Shown here piece by piece: positions 9,582 to 19,830 of a stretch of DNA of 32,000 bases (position 1 is its first letter; every line of letters begins with the position of its first letter). Source of the stretch: Buchnera aphidicola str. APS (Acyrthosiphon pisum) (GTDB lineage: Bacteria > Pseudomonadota > Gammaproteobacteria > Enterobacterales > Enterobacteriaceae). The stretch lies in contig NC_002528.1 in NCBI RefSeq assembly GCF_000009605.1, forward strand, positions 180,001 to 212,000, written 5' to 3'. Position numbers and translations under genes: made by a program. Below the pieces are notes generated by a model, which saw nothing but the letters and a program-made list of their open reading frames with translations, was not told the origin of the DNA and did no database searches.

Positions 9582-11708
9582 ATGTCCCGTATTATAATGT
9601 TAATCCCTTTAGATAAAGATATTGGTTTGACTTCAATCGGTTTGAGTATCATTTATTTTTTTTATCAAAAAAAAATAAAAAAGAAATCTGTTCAGTCTAT
9701 ATTGTATTTTTCCTGCACACAAAATTCATCTAATAGTACATCGCATGTTATTAATAAATATTTTTCAAAAATCGTTCATACAGTAGATTACATAGATTTT
9801 TCTAAAGTTTTGTTTAATTCTCCAGAGTATTCATTTTTATTAAATAAAGTTATAGATGAACATTATAATAACAAATTTTTACGTGAACTTATTCTAATTG
9901 AAGGTATAAAAAATAATTATTGTATTAATTCTGAAGAAATGAATTATGATATTTCTCAAAATTTGAATGCGGAAGTAATATTTATAGCAAATTTAGAAAA
10001 TTCTTCTCCCGAATATATTAAAAATAAAGAAAAAAAAATTAATTTTTTTTTAAAACAAAAAAAATATAAAAATATTTTAGGTGTTATTTTTAATCAAATT
10101 AATTCTCCTTTTCTAGAAAACAAATATGATTTTATAAAAAAGTTGATAGTTTTAAAAAAAATAAAAAATGAAACAAAAACAATAGTGCCTAAAAAAATAT
10201 TAAAAAATAATTTTTTCTCAATTATAGCCTGTATTCCTTGGAATCGAAACATCGTAACAACACGTGTAATAGATCTTTTTAATTTTTTAAATATACAACA
10301 TACTAATTTAGTACAAAAAAAAAATCATATCATAGAAGAAATAATCATATTCGATACGCATCATCTAAATTTATTAAATAAACACTCTTTAAATACTTTA
10401 GTAATAGTTTCTTTTAGTCGTGTAGATGTTTTTTTAAATGTTTTAAATTGTAATGTGAATCGTAGTAAAGTGAAGTGTATTATATTAACGGGAATATTAA
10501 AATTAAAAAAAAATATTGCTTCTTTATATAAATTTTTAATTAAAAGATCTATTTCTATTTTTTTTACAGAAAAAAATACAATAGAGATTTTATCTCAATT
10601 GCAAAACTTTAACTTTGATATTTCTGTAAAAGATATAACATATATTAAAAAATTACAGAGATATATTTCCAATTTTTTTTGTCATTCTTCTTTTATGTTT
10701 TTTAAAAAAAAATATAATATAAATGTAATATATCCTCCGAAAGAATTTTGTTATAATTTAAAATTATTATCACAAAAAAAAAATAAACGTATTAAATTGC
10801 CTGAATCATATGAAATTCGAATATTAAAATCCGTTGCAATATGCAGTGATTCTAATATTGCTCAATGTGTGTTATTGGGTGATCCAAAAAAAATTTATAG
10901 TATTGCAAACGATAACGGGATTAATTTAAAAAAAAATATTGAAATAATTGATCCTATTTCAGTAAGACAAGAATATCTTGCACGTTTTTTAGAAATACGG
11001 AAAGGAAAAAATATCAACGAATTTTCTGCTAAAAAACAATTAGAAGATAATACTGTTTTAGCAACTTTGATACTGGAATCTAATCATGTAGATGGATTAG
11101 TTTCTGGATCCATAAATACCACATCTGATACTATACGTCCAGCATTGCAAATTATTAAAACTAATCCTCAAAGTTTATTAGTCTCATCTATTTTTTTCAT
11201 GTTGTTACCAAATCAAGTTTTAATTTATGGTGATTGTGCAATTAATATCAATCCTACTGCAGAAGAATTAGCAGTAATTGCCATTCAATCTGCAGATTCA
11301 GCAAAAATGTTTGGAATAGAACCACGTATTGCAATGTTGTCTTATTCAACGGGTTGTTCTGGATTTGGGTGTCAAGTTGAAAAAGTCAAAGAAGCTACTT
11401 CTATTATTAAGAATAGAAGATCCGATTTAATAATTGACGGGCCTATACAATATGATGCAGCAGTTTCAAATAAGGTTGCTAAATTAAAAGCACCTTCTTC
11501 ACCAATTTCAGGATCTGCGAATGTTTTTATTTTTCCAGATTTAAATTCTGGTAATATAGCTTATAAAGCAGTTCAACGTTCTTCAAGAATAGTTTCTATT
11601 GGTCCAATGCTTCAGGGTTTGAGAAAACCAGTAAATGATTTGTCAAGAGGTGCCTCAGTGGAAGACATTATTTATACCATTGCATTAACATCAATTCAAT
11701 CTGAATAA
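9582..11708 (+). CDS. pta: Phosphate acetyltransferase
   Basis: ATG 9582 is preceded by AGGA at 9573-9576 and gives MSRIIMLIP, identical to the E. coli Pta N-terminus. The track start at 9558 is an upstream extension. The C-terminal PTA_PTB domain is well conserved (GLVSG, YGDCAINxNP, LSYSTG, FPDLNSGN). The N-terminal half is highly diverged. Confidence 0.93.
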   Translation: MSRIIMLIPLDKDIGLTSIGLSIIYFFYQKKIKKKSVQSILYFSCTQNSSNSTSHVINKYFSKIVHTVDYIDFSKVLFNSPEYSFLLNKVIDEHYNNKFLRELILIEGIKNNYCINSEEMNYDISQNLNAEVIFIANLENSSPEYIKNKEKKINFFLKQKKYKNILGVIFNQINSPFLENKYDFIKKLIVLKKIKNETKTIVPKKILKNNFFSIIACIPWNRNIVTTRVIDLFNFLNIQHTNLVQKKNHIIEEIIIFDTHHLNLLNKHSLNTLVIVSFSRVDVFLNVLNCNVNRSKVKCIILTGILKLKKNIASLYKFLIKRSISIFFTEKNTIEILSQLQNFNFDISVKDITYIKKLQRYISNFFCHSSFMFFKKKYNINVIYPPKEFCYNLKLLSQKKNKRIKLPESYEIRILKSVAICSDSNIAQCVLLGDPKKIYSIANDNGINLKKNIEIIDPISVRQEYLARFLEIRKGKNINEFSAKKQLEDNTVLATLILESNHVDGLVSGSINTTSDTIRPALQIIKTNPQSLLVSSIFFMLLPNQVLIYGDCAININPTAEELAVIAIQSADSAKMFGIEPRIAMLSYSTGCSGFGCQVEKVKEATSIIKNRRSDLIIDGPIQYDAAVSNKVAKLKAPSSPISGSANVFIFPDLNSGNIAYKAVQRSSRIVSIGPMLQGLRKPVNDLSRGASVEDIIYTIALTSIQSE

Positions 11709-11739
11709 AAACGAATTTTTTATAAAAAAATATATATTT

Positions 11740-12003
11740 TTAAATTTTAATTGTGATATTTCCTTTTGGTTTACAACAACATGGAAAAATTTCTCGTTCT
11801 TTAAATAAAGCAGCCATAGGCTGTTTTATTAAATAAAATACTTCTCCTTTGATTAATTCAATTCGGCATATACCACAATATCCAGATCTACATTGATATT
11901 CTAGATGAATATTGTTTAATTCTAAAACCAATAACAAGGTTATCTGTGTTTGATAAACAATTTTTTTTTTAATATTTGTTATTTCAATAATAGAGGATTG
12001 CAT
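11740..12003 (-). CDS. yfaE: 2Fe-2S ferredoxin-like protein YfaE (RNR diferric-tyrosyl cofactor maintenance)
   Basis: 87 aa with the cysteine pattern CRSGYCGICR ... CCC typical of plant-type [2Fe-2S] ferredoxins. It lies 2 nt downstream of nrdB, as in the enteric nrdAB-yfaE operon. Confidence 0.85.
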   Translation of the reverse strand: MQSSIIEITNIKKKIVYQTQITLLLVLELNNIHLEYQCRSGYCGICRIELIKGEVFYLIKQPMAALFKEREIFPCCCKPKGNITIKI

Positions 12004-12005
12004 GT

Positions 12006-13136
12006 TTATAGTTCAAATTTTTTAAATTCATTATCAGATACTTCTGAATCAATTTGACCAACTAAATAAGAACTAATTTCTGTTTCTTGTGGCGCAATTT
12101 GTATATTGTCAGAAGTCAACCAATCATTAATCCAAGGAATAGGATTAGATTGTTTTTTAAAAGGCATTTTAAAACCTATCGCATGCATACGAATATTTGT
12201 AATATATTCTATATACTGACAAAGAATATCTTTATTTAATCCAAGCATCGAACCACTTTTAAATAAATATGAAGCCCATTTTTTTTCTTGTTGTGCTGCG
12301 GAAATAAATATATTAATAGCTTCTTCTTTACATTCTAAAACTACATCTTCCATATTTTCATTATTTTTTATATTACTTAAAAGATTTAAAATATGTTGAG
12401 TTCCTGTTAGATGTAACGCTTCATCGCGTGCTATCAATCTTATAATTTTTGCATTTCCTTCCATAAGTTCTCTTTCTGCAAACGCAAATGAACATGCGAA
12501 ACTAACATAAAATCTAATGGCTTCTAAAACATTTACACTAATTAAACATAGATATAATCTTTTTTTAAGAAATCTTAAATTGATATGAATTTTTTTCCCA
12601 TTTATTAAGTGAATACCTTCACCTAATAAATGCCAATAACTAGTTAAATTTATCAATTCGTCATAATAAATAGAAATATTTTGAGCTCGATCATAAATGT
12701 TTTTATTTGAAATAATATCATCAAAGACTAAAGATGGACAGTTAACAATGTTTCTAATGATATGAGTATAAGAACGTGAATGGATCGTTTCTGAAAAAGA
12801 CCATGTTTCAATCCATGTTTCTAATTCAGGAATAGAGATGATTGGTAAAAAGGCTATATTCGGGCTTCTTCCTTGTATCGAATCGAGTAGCGTTTGATAC
12901 TTTAAATTACTAATAAAAATATGTTTTTCATTGTCAGGTAAATTTTGGAAATCTATTCTATCTCTAGAAAGATCTATTTCTTCAGGTCTCCAAAAAAACG
13001 ATAATTGTTTTTCAATTAATTGTTCAAAAATTTTATATTTTTGTTGATCATATCTAGCGATGTTTACAGGTTGTCCAAAAAACATAGGTTCTTTAAGTTG
13101 ATTATTTTTTTTTTTTGAGAAAATTGTGTAAGACAT
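12006..13136 (-). CDS. nrdB: Ribonucleoside-diphosphate reductase, beta subunit (class Ia)
   Basis: 376 aa, the same as E. coli NrdB. It has di-iron ligand regions ([27 protein letters not shown]) and the FWRPEE motif. Confidence 0.97.
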   Translation of the reverse strand: MSYTIFSKKKNNQLKEPMFFGQPVNIARYDQQKYKIFEQLIEKQLSFFWRPEEIDLSRDRIDFQNLPDNEKHIFISNLKYQTLLDSIQGRSPNIAFLPIISIPELETWIETWSFSETIHSRSYTHIIRNIVNCPSLVFDDIISNKNIYDRAQNISIYYDELINLTSYWHLLGEGIHLINGKKIHINLRFLKKRLYLCLISVNVLEAIRFYVSFACSFAFAERELMEGNAKIIRLIARDEALHLTGTQHILNLLSNIKNNENMEDVVLECKEEAINIFISAAQQEKKWASYLFKSGSMLGLNKDILCQYIEYITNIRMHAIGFKMPFKKQSNPIPWINDWLTSDNIQIAPQETEISSYLVGQIDSEVSDNEFKKFEL

Positions 13137-13203
13137 GTTATTACACCTAATGATAAATTTAATATTGTACTATATATTCCTAAAAATTTTTATTTTTTTA
13201 TTT

Positions 13204-15492
13204 TTATAAAATACATGATCCGCTTTCACAAATATCTTCTGTTATAGATTTAGATGTAATATTTTGATCGTCTTCAGAACCATCCCGAGTATTTTGATAA
13301 TAGAGTGTTTTTAAACCAAGCTTATAAGACAAGAGAAGATCATAGAGAAGCTGTTTCATCGGGATCTTGTTATTTAAAAATCTTGCTGGATCATAGTGTG
13401 TATTTACTGAGATAGATTGATCAATAAATTTTTGCATAATACCGGCTAGTTGTAGATATCCTGTATTATTTGGAATATCCCAAAGTAATTCGTACTGTAA
13501 TCGTAATTTTTTATATTCAGGGACAACTTGACGTAAGATTCCATCTTTAGATACTTTAATACTAATAAACCCTCTTGGCGGTTCAATTCCATTTGTTGCA
13601 TTAGATATTTGAGAAGATGTTTCTGAAGGCATTAAGGCAGATAAAGTTGAGTTTCTTAGTCCATATTTTTTTATTTTACTACGTAATAAATTCCAGTCTA
13701 AATGTAGTGGTTCATTGCATATGTCATCAATATATTTTTTATATGTATCTATAGGTAATTTTCCTAAATAGTAATTAGTATGATTAAACAAAGAACATGC
13801 TCCTTTTTCTTTCGCTAATTCACAAGATGCTTCTAATAAATAATATTGCATTGCTTCAAAGGTTTTATGTGTTAAATTATGTGCACTTCCATCTGAATAA
13901 CGTACTTTATTTTTAGCCAAATAATATGCAAAATTAATTACACCAATTCCTAAGGATCGTCTAGAAATAGCTGATTTTTTAGCTGCTAATACTGGGTAAT
14001 TTTGATAATCTAATATTTCATCAAGCGCACGCACAGATAATATTGACAATTCTTTAAAGTCATCAAGACTTTTAATTTTTCCCAAATTAAAAGCTGATAA
14101 TGTACATAGTGCTATTTCCCCATCTGTATCATGCACATCATTTAATGACTTAGTTGGTAACGTAATTTCTAAGCATAAATTAGATTGTCTTATTGGAGAC
14201 AATTCGGGGTTAAACGCACTGTGTAAATTACAATGATCTACATTTTGTACATAAATACGTCCAGTAGAAGTTCTCTCTTGCATCATCAGAGAAAATAAAT
14301 CTAATGCTTTAATAGTTTTTTTTCTAATATTTTTATTTTTTTCATATTGTAAATATATTTTTTTAAATTTTTTCTGATCAGAAAAAAATGCTTTATATAA
14401 ATCAGGAACATCTGAGGGACTAAATAATGTTATTTGATCTCCTGATAGCATTCTTTGATACATTAATTTATTAATTTGAATAGCGTAATCAATATGACGT
14501 ACTCTATTTTCTTCGATTCCTCTATTGTTTTTTAAAACTAATAAACTTTCAACTTCTAAATGCCAAATCGGATAAAAAATAGTTGCAGCCCCACCTCTTA
14601 CACCCCCTTGTGAACAAGATTTTACAGCACTTTGAAAATGTTTATAAAAAGGTATACACCCTGTATGAAATGCTTCTCCATTTCTAATAGGACTACCTAA
14701 TGCACGAATTTGTCCAGCATTAACACCAATTCCGGCACGTTGAGAAACATATTTTACAATAGAGCTAGTTGTGGCATTAATAGAATTTAAACTATCACCA
14801 CATTCAATTAAAACACAAGAGCTAAATTGACGAGTTGGAGTTCTGACACCAGACATAATTGGTGTTGGTAATGAAATTTTAAAAGTAGAAATCGCATTAT
14901 AAAAACGATGAATATAGTTCATTCGAACATTTTTTGGATATTGTGAAAATAAACATGCAGATATTAAAATATATAAAAATTGCGCACTTTCGTATATTTT
15001 TCCATTAACGCGATTTTGTATTAAATATTTTCCTTCTAATTGTTTTACAGCTGCATATGAAAAATTCATATCTCGCCAATGATCAATAAAACTATTCATT
15101 TGTAAAAATTCTTTATAAGAGTAGTTTTTTAATAAATTCTCATCATATTTTTCCAAATCAACCATTTTCTTTACATGATCATATAGTTTAGGTGGTTCAA
15201 ATTGACCATAAGCTTTTTTTCTAAGATGAAAAATAGCTAGTCTTGCAGCCATATACTGATAATCTGGTGTATCTTGTGAAATCAGATCAGCCGCGGCTTT
15301 TATAATAGTTTCATGTATGTTAATAGTAGTAATATTATTATAAAATTGAATACGTGAGCATAATTCAACTTGTGACACAGATACGTCATCTAATCCTTCT
15401 GACGCCCAATTTAATACTTTATGAATTTTATCTAAATTTATTTTTTCTTTTCTTCCATCACGTTTAGTGACAAACAGATTTTTTTTCATCAT
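13204..15492 (-). CDS. nrdA: Ribonucleoside-diphosphate reductase, alpha subunit (class Ia)
   Basis: 762 aa against 761 in E. coli. It has an ATP-cone N-terminus (VTKRDGRKEKINLDKIHKVLNWA), the catalytic region NLCLEI, and a C-terminal redox-shuttle cysteine pair (CESGSCIL). Confidence 0.97.
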   Translation of the reverse strand: MMKKNLFVTKRDGRKEKINLDKIHKVLNWASEGLDDVSVSQVELCSRIQFYNNITTINIHETIIKAAADLISQDTPDYQYMAARLAIFHLRKKAYGQFEPPKLYDHVKKMVDLEKYDENLLKNYSYKEFLQMNSFIDHWRDMNFSYAAVKQLEGKYLIQNRVNGKIYESAQFLYILISACLFSQYPKNVRMNYIHRFYNAISTFKISLPTPIMSGVRTPTRQFSSCVLIECGDSLNSINATTSSIVKYVSQRAGIGVNAGQIRALGSPIRNGEAFHTGCIPFYKHFQSAVKSCSQGGVRGGAATIFYPIWHLEVESLLVLKNNRGIEENRVRHIDYAIQINKLMYQRMLSGDQITLFSPSDVPDLYKAFFSDQKKFKKIYLQYEKNKNIRKKTIKALDLFSLMMQERTSTGRIYVQNVDHCNLHSAFNPELSPIRQSNLCLEITLPTKSLNDVHDTDGEIALCTLSAFNLGKIKSLDDFKELSILSVRALDEILDYQNYPVLAAKKSAISRRSLGIGVINFAYYLAKNKVRYSDGSAHNLTHKTFEAMQYYLLEASCELAKEKGACSLFNHTNYYLGKLPIDTYKKYIDDICNEPLHLDWNLLRSKIKKYGLRNSTLSALMPSETSSQISNATNGIEPPRGFISIKVSKDGILRQVVPEYKKLRLQYELLWDIPNNTGYLQLAGIMQKFIDQSISVNTHYDPARFLNNKIPMKQLLYDLLLSYKLGLKTLYYQNTRDGSEDDQNITSKSITEDICESGSCIL

Positions 15493-15561
15493 TAATTTAA
15501 CTTATTATAAAGAGTATAAAAAATTTATTTTCATTTAATTATTAATACATATTATCTACAT

Positions 15562-18054
15562 CTATAGATCAATTTTTTCTATCATAGGATCTACAATTTT
15601 TTGTAGAGCAACAACTTTTTCATTTTTTGATGTTCTAATCAATATTACACCTTGCGTGTTACGTTTTAATACTCCAACTTCGGAAACTCTAATTCTAACT
15701 AATGTTCCTGCATCAGTAATCATCATAATTTGATCTTTTTCTATAACTTGTATTGCTCCAATTATCTTTCCATTTTTTTTGGTAATTTTAATCGAAATAA
15801 CACCTTGAGTAGCACGTGATTTTATAGGAAAATCAGAAATTTTCGTACGTTTTCCATATCCATTTTTTGTTGCTATCAAAATACTTCCTTTATTTTTAGG
15901 TACAATTAAAGAAACAACTTTGTCATTTTTCTTAATTTTAATTCCTTTAACTCCAGATGCAGTTCTACCCATAGTACGAACACTATTTTCTAAAAACTGT
16001 ACTACTTTACCGTTCTGTGTGAATAACATGATATTGTTATTTCCATCAGTTAAAGCGACTCCAATAAGCTCATCATTTGCATGTAAATTGATGGCTATAA
16101 TTCCTGCAAATCTCGGTTTTTTAAATTGACTTAAAGAACTTTTTTTTACTATTCCATGAGCTGTAGTCATAAAAATATTAAGGTTATCTTGATATTTATG
16201 TACTGGTAATATAGCTGTAATCCTCTCTTTAGGGCTTAATGGTAACAAATTTACTATTGGTCTTCCTCTTGCATGTCTACTAGACTCAGGTAATTGATAT
16301 ACTTTCATCCAATATAGAATACCGCGACTAGAAAAACATAATATAGTATCATGCGTATTTGCTATTACTAAACTTTCTATAAAATCTTCTTCTTTTATTT
16401 TTGCAGCTGATTTCCCTTTTCCACCGCGTCTTTGAGCATTATAATCAGAAAGAGGTTGATATTTTACATATCCTGAATGAGATAGTGTTACTACGACATC
16501 TTCTTGATTAATTAAATCTTCCATATTAATATCAGAATGATTTTCGGTGATTTTAGTTCGTCTTTTATCACTAAAGTTATTTTGTATTGATAATAATTCC
16601 GATTTTATAACTTCAAACATTTTCTTAGGATTTTCAAGTATTTCTTTTAATTCTTTAGTTTTTTTTATTAAATCATTGTGCTCCATAATTATTTTTTCTT
16701 GTTCTAAATTAGTTATTTTATGTAAACGTAAATCTAATATAGCTTGTGCCTGTTTTTCACTGAAATAGTATTCATGTTTTTTAGCTAAATAATTTATTTT
16801 TTCAGATTTCCAGTTTTTTTGAATTATAATTTTTTTTGCATCTATTGAGTTTACTGAATTTTTTATTATTTCAATAATTGCATTAATATTAATTAATGCC
16901 ATATTCAATCCTTCAAGGATATGAATACGGTTGCGAACCTTATTTAATTCAAAAAGACTACGTCTTATAATGATTTCTTGTCTATGTGACAAGAAATTTT
17001 TTAATATCTCTTTTAAAGATAAAGTTTTGGGTTGTCCTTGACATAAAGCAACCATATTAATACCAAAAGATATTTGCAATTGAGTTAAAGAATATAGCTG
17101 ATTGAGAATTACTTCGGCTATTGCCTCTCGTTTTATTTCTATAACAATTCTCATTCCATCTTTATCAGATTCGTCGCGTAATGCAGTGATTCCATCAATT
17201 CTTTTTTCTTTAACTAATTCTGCTATTTTTTCTATTAAGCGAGATTTATTGACTTGATACGGTATTTCATTAAAGACAATAGATTCTTTTTTATTTTTTT
17301 TATTTTTTTCAATCTGGTTTTGTGCTCGAATATAAATTTTTCCTTTTCCAGTGCGATAAGCTTCTTCAATTCCTGATTTTCCATTAATTATAGCAGCTGT
17401 TGGGAAATCTGGACCTGGAATATGTTTAATTAATTCTTCTAGGGTGATGTCGTTATTATCAATATATGCTAAGCAACCATTAATCACTTCATTTAAGTTA
17501 TGAGGTGGAATATTTGTAGCCATTCCTACAGCTATACCTGATGAACCATTTATTAAAAGATTAGGTATTTTTGCTGGTAGTATTTCTGGAATGTATTCAG
17601 TTCCATCATAGTTTGGTAAAAATTCGACAGTATTCTTCTCTAAGTCGTTTAATAGCTCATGAGCTATTTTGGACATGCGAACTTCTGTATATCGCATTGC
17701 TGCAGCAGAATCTCCATCAACAGAACCAAAATTTCCCTGTCCATCTATAAGCATATAGCGCAATGAAAATTTTTGAGCCATCCGAACTATTGCATCATAT
17801 ACAGCAGAATCTCCATGTGGGTGATATTTTCCTATAACATCACCTACTATGCGAGCAGATTTTTTATATGCTTTATTCCAATCATTATTTAATATATACA
17901 TTGCAAAAAGTATTCTTCGATGGACTGGTTTTAAACCATCTCGAACATCTGGTAAGGCGCGGCCGACTATCACGGACATAGAATAGTCTAAGTAGGAGCT
18001 TTTTAACTCTTCTTCAATATTGACCTGTATGATTTCTCGTGAAGGGTCTTTCAT
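15562..18054 (-). CDS. gyrA: DNA gyrase subunit A
   Basis: 830 aa. The N-terminal about 120 aa are nearly identical to E. coli GyrA ([43 protein letters not shown], active-site AAMRYTE). The QRDR carries wild-type Ser83/Asp87 equivalents. The C-terminus is shorter than in E. coli. Confidence 0.98.
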   Translation of the reverse strand: MKDPSREIIQVNIEEELKSSYLDYSMSVIVGRALPDVRDGLKPVHRRILFAMYILNNDWNKAYKKSARIVGDVIGKYHPHGDSAVYDAIVRMAQKFSLRYMLIDGQGNFGSVDGDSAAAMRYTEVRMSKIAHELLNDLEKNTVEFLPNYDGTEYIPEILPAKIPNLLINGSSGIAVGMATNIPPHNLNEVINGCLAYIDNNDITLEELIKHIPGPDFPTAAIINGKSGIEEAYRTGKGKIYIRAQNQIEKNKKNKKESIVFNEIPYQVNKSRLIEKIAELVKEKRIDGITALRDESDKDGMRIVIEIKREAIAEVILNQLYSLTQLQISFGINMVALCQGQPKTLSLKEILKNFLSHRQEIIIRRSLFELNKVRNRIHILEGLNMALININAIIEIIKNSVNSIDAKKIIIQKNWKSEKINYLAKKHEYYFSEKQAQAILDLRLHKITNLEQEKIIMEHNDLIKKTKELKEILENPKKMFEVIKSELLSIQNNFSDKRRTKITENHSDINMEDLINQEDVVVTLSHSGYVKYQPLSDYNAQRRGGKGKSAAKIKEEDFIESLVIANTHDTILCFSSRGILYWMKVYQLPESSRHARGRPIVNLLPLSPKERITAILPVHKYQDNLNIFMTTAHGIVKKSSLSQFKKPRFAGIIAINLHANDELIGVALTDGNNNIMLFTQNGKVVQFLENSVRTMGRTASGVKGIKIKKNDKVVSLIVPKNKGSILIATKNGYGKRTKISDFPIKSRATQGVISIKITKKNGKIIGAIQVIEKDQIMMITDAGTLVRIRVSEVGVLKRNTQGVILIRTSKNEKVVALQKIVDPMIEKIDL

Positions 18055-18320
18055 AAAAAGTTTATCTCTTTTATTGAAAAAATCAAATTAAGTAAAAAAT
18101 TATAACATAATTAAACTATTAGATGCATCTAAAGAAAAATTTTCTAAAATGAAAAGTAATTCTTATATTAATAAAAAATCTTTTTTTTTTTTTTTGTATT
18201 GTTTATTTTAGATGAAAGTATTATTATAAATAACAATTATTACTTAATAATAAAATTATTGAAAAGTCATAATTGAAAATATACTAGTTTATTAATTTGA
18301 TTTTGAGAGGAGATATTATT

Positions 18321-19037
18321 ATGACAGATGAAGAAAAAAATTTAATAGAAAATTTATTTCATCGTTTAAAAAAAACTGAATTAAATTCTCCTGAAAGAGA
18401 TGATGCAGCCGATGAACTAATTCAAAGATTAGCAAAAAAACAACCTACTTCCTCTTACTATATGGCCCAAACAATATTGATTCAAGAAACAGCTATAAAA
18501 AAAATGAGTATAGAACTTGAAGAGTTAAGAAAAAAAATAAAAATATTAAATAGAGAAGAAACAAATAAAAAACCAAGTTTTTTATCAAATTTTTTTAAAA
18601 AAAAATCTCCTTCTGAAATAATCTCTAACGATAATAACATATTGAAAAAAAAGGAAAATATTTTACCCTCTAACTATTCCAGTTCTCCAATTTCACCAAC
18701 GACTCAAACATCACCAGTAATAAATAATACAAGGAGTAGTAGTTTTCTTGGCAATGCATTACAAACAGCTACAGGTGTAGCAGGTGGTATGATTTTAGGT
18801 AATATGTTGATGAATGTTTTTAGTCACACTAAACCAGAAGAAGATATATTCGATACCGTTAAACAATCATCTTCAGATGAGTATACAGAAAATAATTTTT
18901 TAAATAATAACACTGATAATGATTTAATAAATTACTCATACAATGAATCAGATATAAATTTTAGAGAATCAAGTGAAGAAAGTATTAATAATAATGTTGA
19001 TGATACAGACGATATTGACAATGACAACTTTATTTAA
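18321..19037 (+). CDS. Conserved hypothetical protein, DUF2076/COG3416-like (family assignment from memory)
   Basis: ATG 18321 lies 8 nt after a strong AGGAG (18308-18312); the track start TTG 18297 is rejected. The N-terminus MTDEEKNLIENLFHRLKK...QPTSSYYMAQTILIQETAI and the glycine-rich hydrophobic block SSFLGNALQTATGVAGGMILGNMLMNVF resemble the family as I recall it. The tail is N/D/S-rich and acidic. 238 aa. Confidence 0.7.
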   Translation: MTDEEKNLIENLFHRLKKTELNSPERDDAADELIQRLAKKQPTSSYYMAQTILIQETAIKKMSIELEELRKKIKILNREETNKKPSFLSNFFKKKSPSEIISNDNNILKKKENILPSNYSSSPISPTTQTSPVINNTRSSSFLGNALQTATGVAGGMILGNMLMNVFSHTKPEEDIFDTVKQSSSDEYTENNFLNNNTDNDLINYSYNESDINFRESSEESINNNVDDTDDIDNDNFI

Positions 19038-19110
19038 AAAAATATATATATTTTAAGTTTGAATTCATAATATTCCATATTATATCAGTCATAAGATTAA
19101 AATAGATATA

Positions 19111-19151
19111 AAAAATAAAGCCAGCATAAAATATTTTTTTTTGCTGACTTT
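19111..19151 (-). terminator. Rho-independent terminator of ahpC
   Basis: On the minus strand AAAGTCAGCA (19151-19142) pairs with TGCTGGCTTT (19126-19117). That is 10 bp with one G.U and a 15-nt loop, followed by A-TTTTTT. It starts 8 nt after the ahpC stop. Confidence 0.55.
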
Positions 19152-19159
19152 AGCTCTCA

Positions 19160-19753
19160 TTAAGAATATTTACTTAAATATTGAGAAACTCCTTCTGAAG
19201 AAGCTGTTATACCTTCTTCTCCTTTTTTCCAATTAGCAGGGCATACTTCTCCAAATTTATTATGAAAATCTAAAGCATCTACCATACGTATCATATCTGT
19301 TATATTACGTCCGAATGGTAGATCATTTACAACTTGATGGCGTATAATCCAATTCGAATCAATTAGAAATGAGGCTCTCAGTGCTATACCAAGATTTGGA
19401 TGTTGAATTCCATAAGATTTTTGAATATCATGTTTTACATCAGATACCATAGGAAAATTTATTTTTCCAATCCCGCCATTTTTAGGTAATGTATTTTGCC
19501 AAGCTTGATGAACATAAACACTATCAATTGATACACCTACTATTTTTACATTTCTTTTTTTAAATTCTGAGTGAAGTTTATTGAACTCTATAATTTCAGA
19601 GGGACATACAAAAGTAAAATCCATTGGCCAAAAAAATAGTACGGTCGATTGACCATTAGAATACTTTTTAAGATCAAATTGCTCAACAATTTGATTGTTT
19701 TTTAAAATTGCTGGAGCAATAAAGTTAGGTGCGTTTTGTGTTACTAAAACCAT
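19160..19753 (-). CDS. ahpC: Typical 2-Cys peroxiredoxin (alkyl hydroperoxide reductase C / Tsa-like)
   Basis: 197 aa with the peroxidatic Cys motif DFTFVCPSEI and the resolving Cys motif EVCPANW. TAGGA plus an A8 spacer lies upstream of the ATG. No ahpF is adjacent. Confidence 0.9.
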   Translation of the reverse strand: MVLVTQNAPNFIAPAILKNNQIVEQFDLKKYSNGQSTVLFFWPMDFTFVCPSEIIEFNKLHSEFKKRNVKIVGVSIDSVYVHQAWQNTLPKNGGIGKINFPMVSDVKHDIQKSYGIQHPNLGIALRASFLIDSNWIIRHQVVNDLPFGRNITDMIRMVDALDFHNKFGEVCPANWKKGEEGITASSEGVSQYLSKYS

Positions 19754-19830
19754 TTTTTTTCCTATAGTGTTATACTAGTAAAAGAAAATTATTGTTAATT
19801 TTTAATCAACAATGGAAATTTAAAATAAAT

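Noticed and set aside
18120-18131. A 12-nt perfect palindrome TAGATGCATCTA in the gyrA upstream spacer. Similar short palindromes occur at 4373-4387 (AACATTTAAAATGTT) and 11716-11729 (TTTTTTATAAAAAA).
   Set aside because: With this base composition, tens of 6- to 7-bp-arm palindromes are expected by chance in 32 kb, and nothing else supports a function.
19160-19753. Whether ahpC without an adjacent ahpF, next to the DUF2076-like gene, indicates a new redox module.
   Set aside because: The two genes are convergent, and ahpC is followed by its own terminator-like hairpin. The peroxiredoxin is of the thioredoxin-dependent typical 2-Cys type, which does not need AhpF. The sequence gives no evidence of functional linkage.
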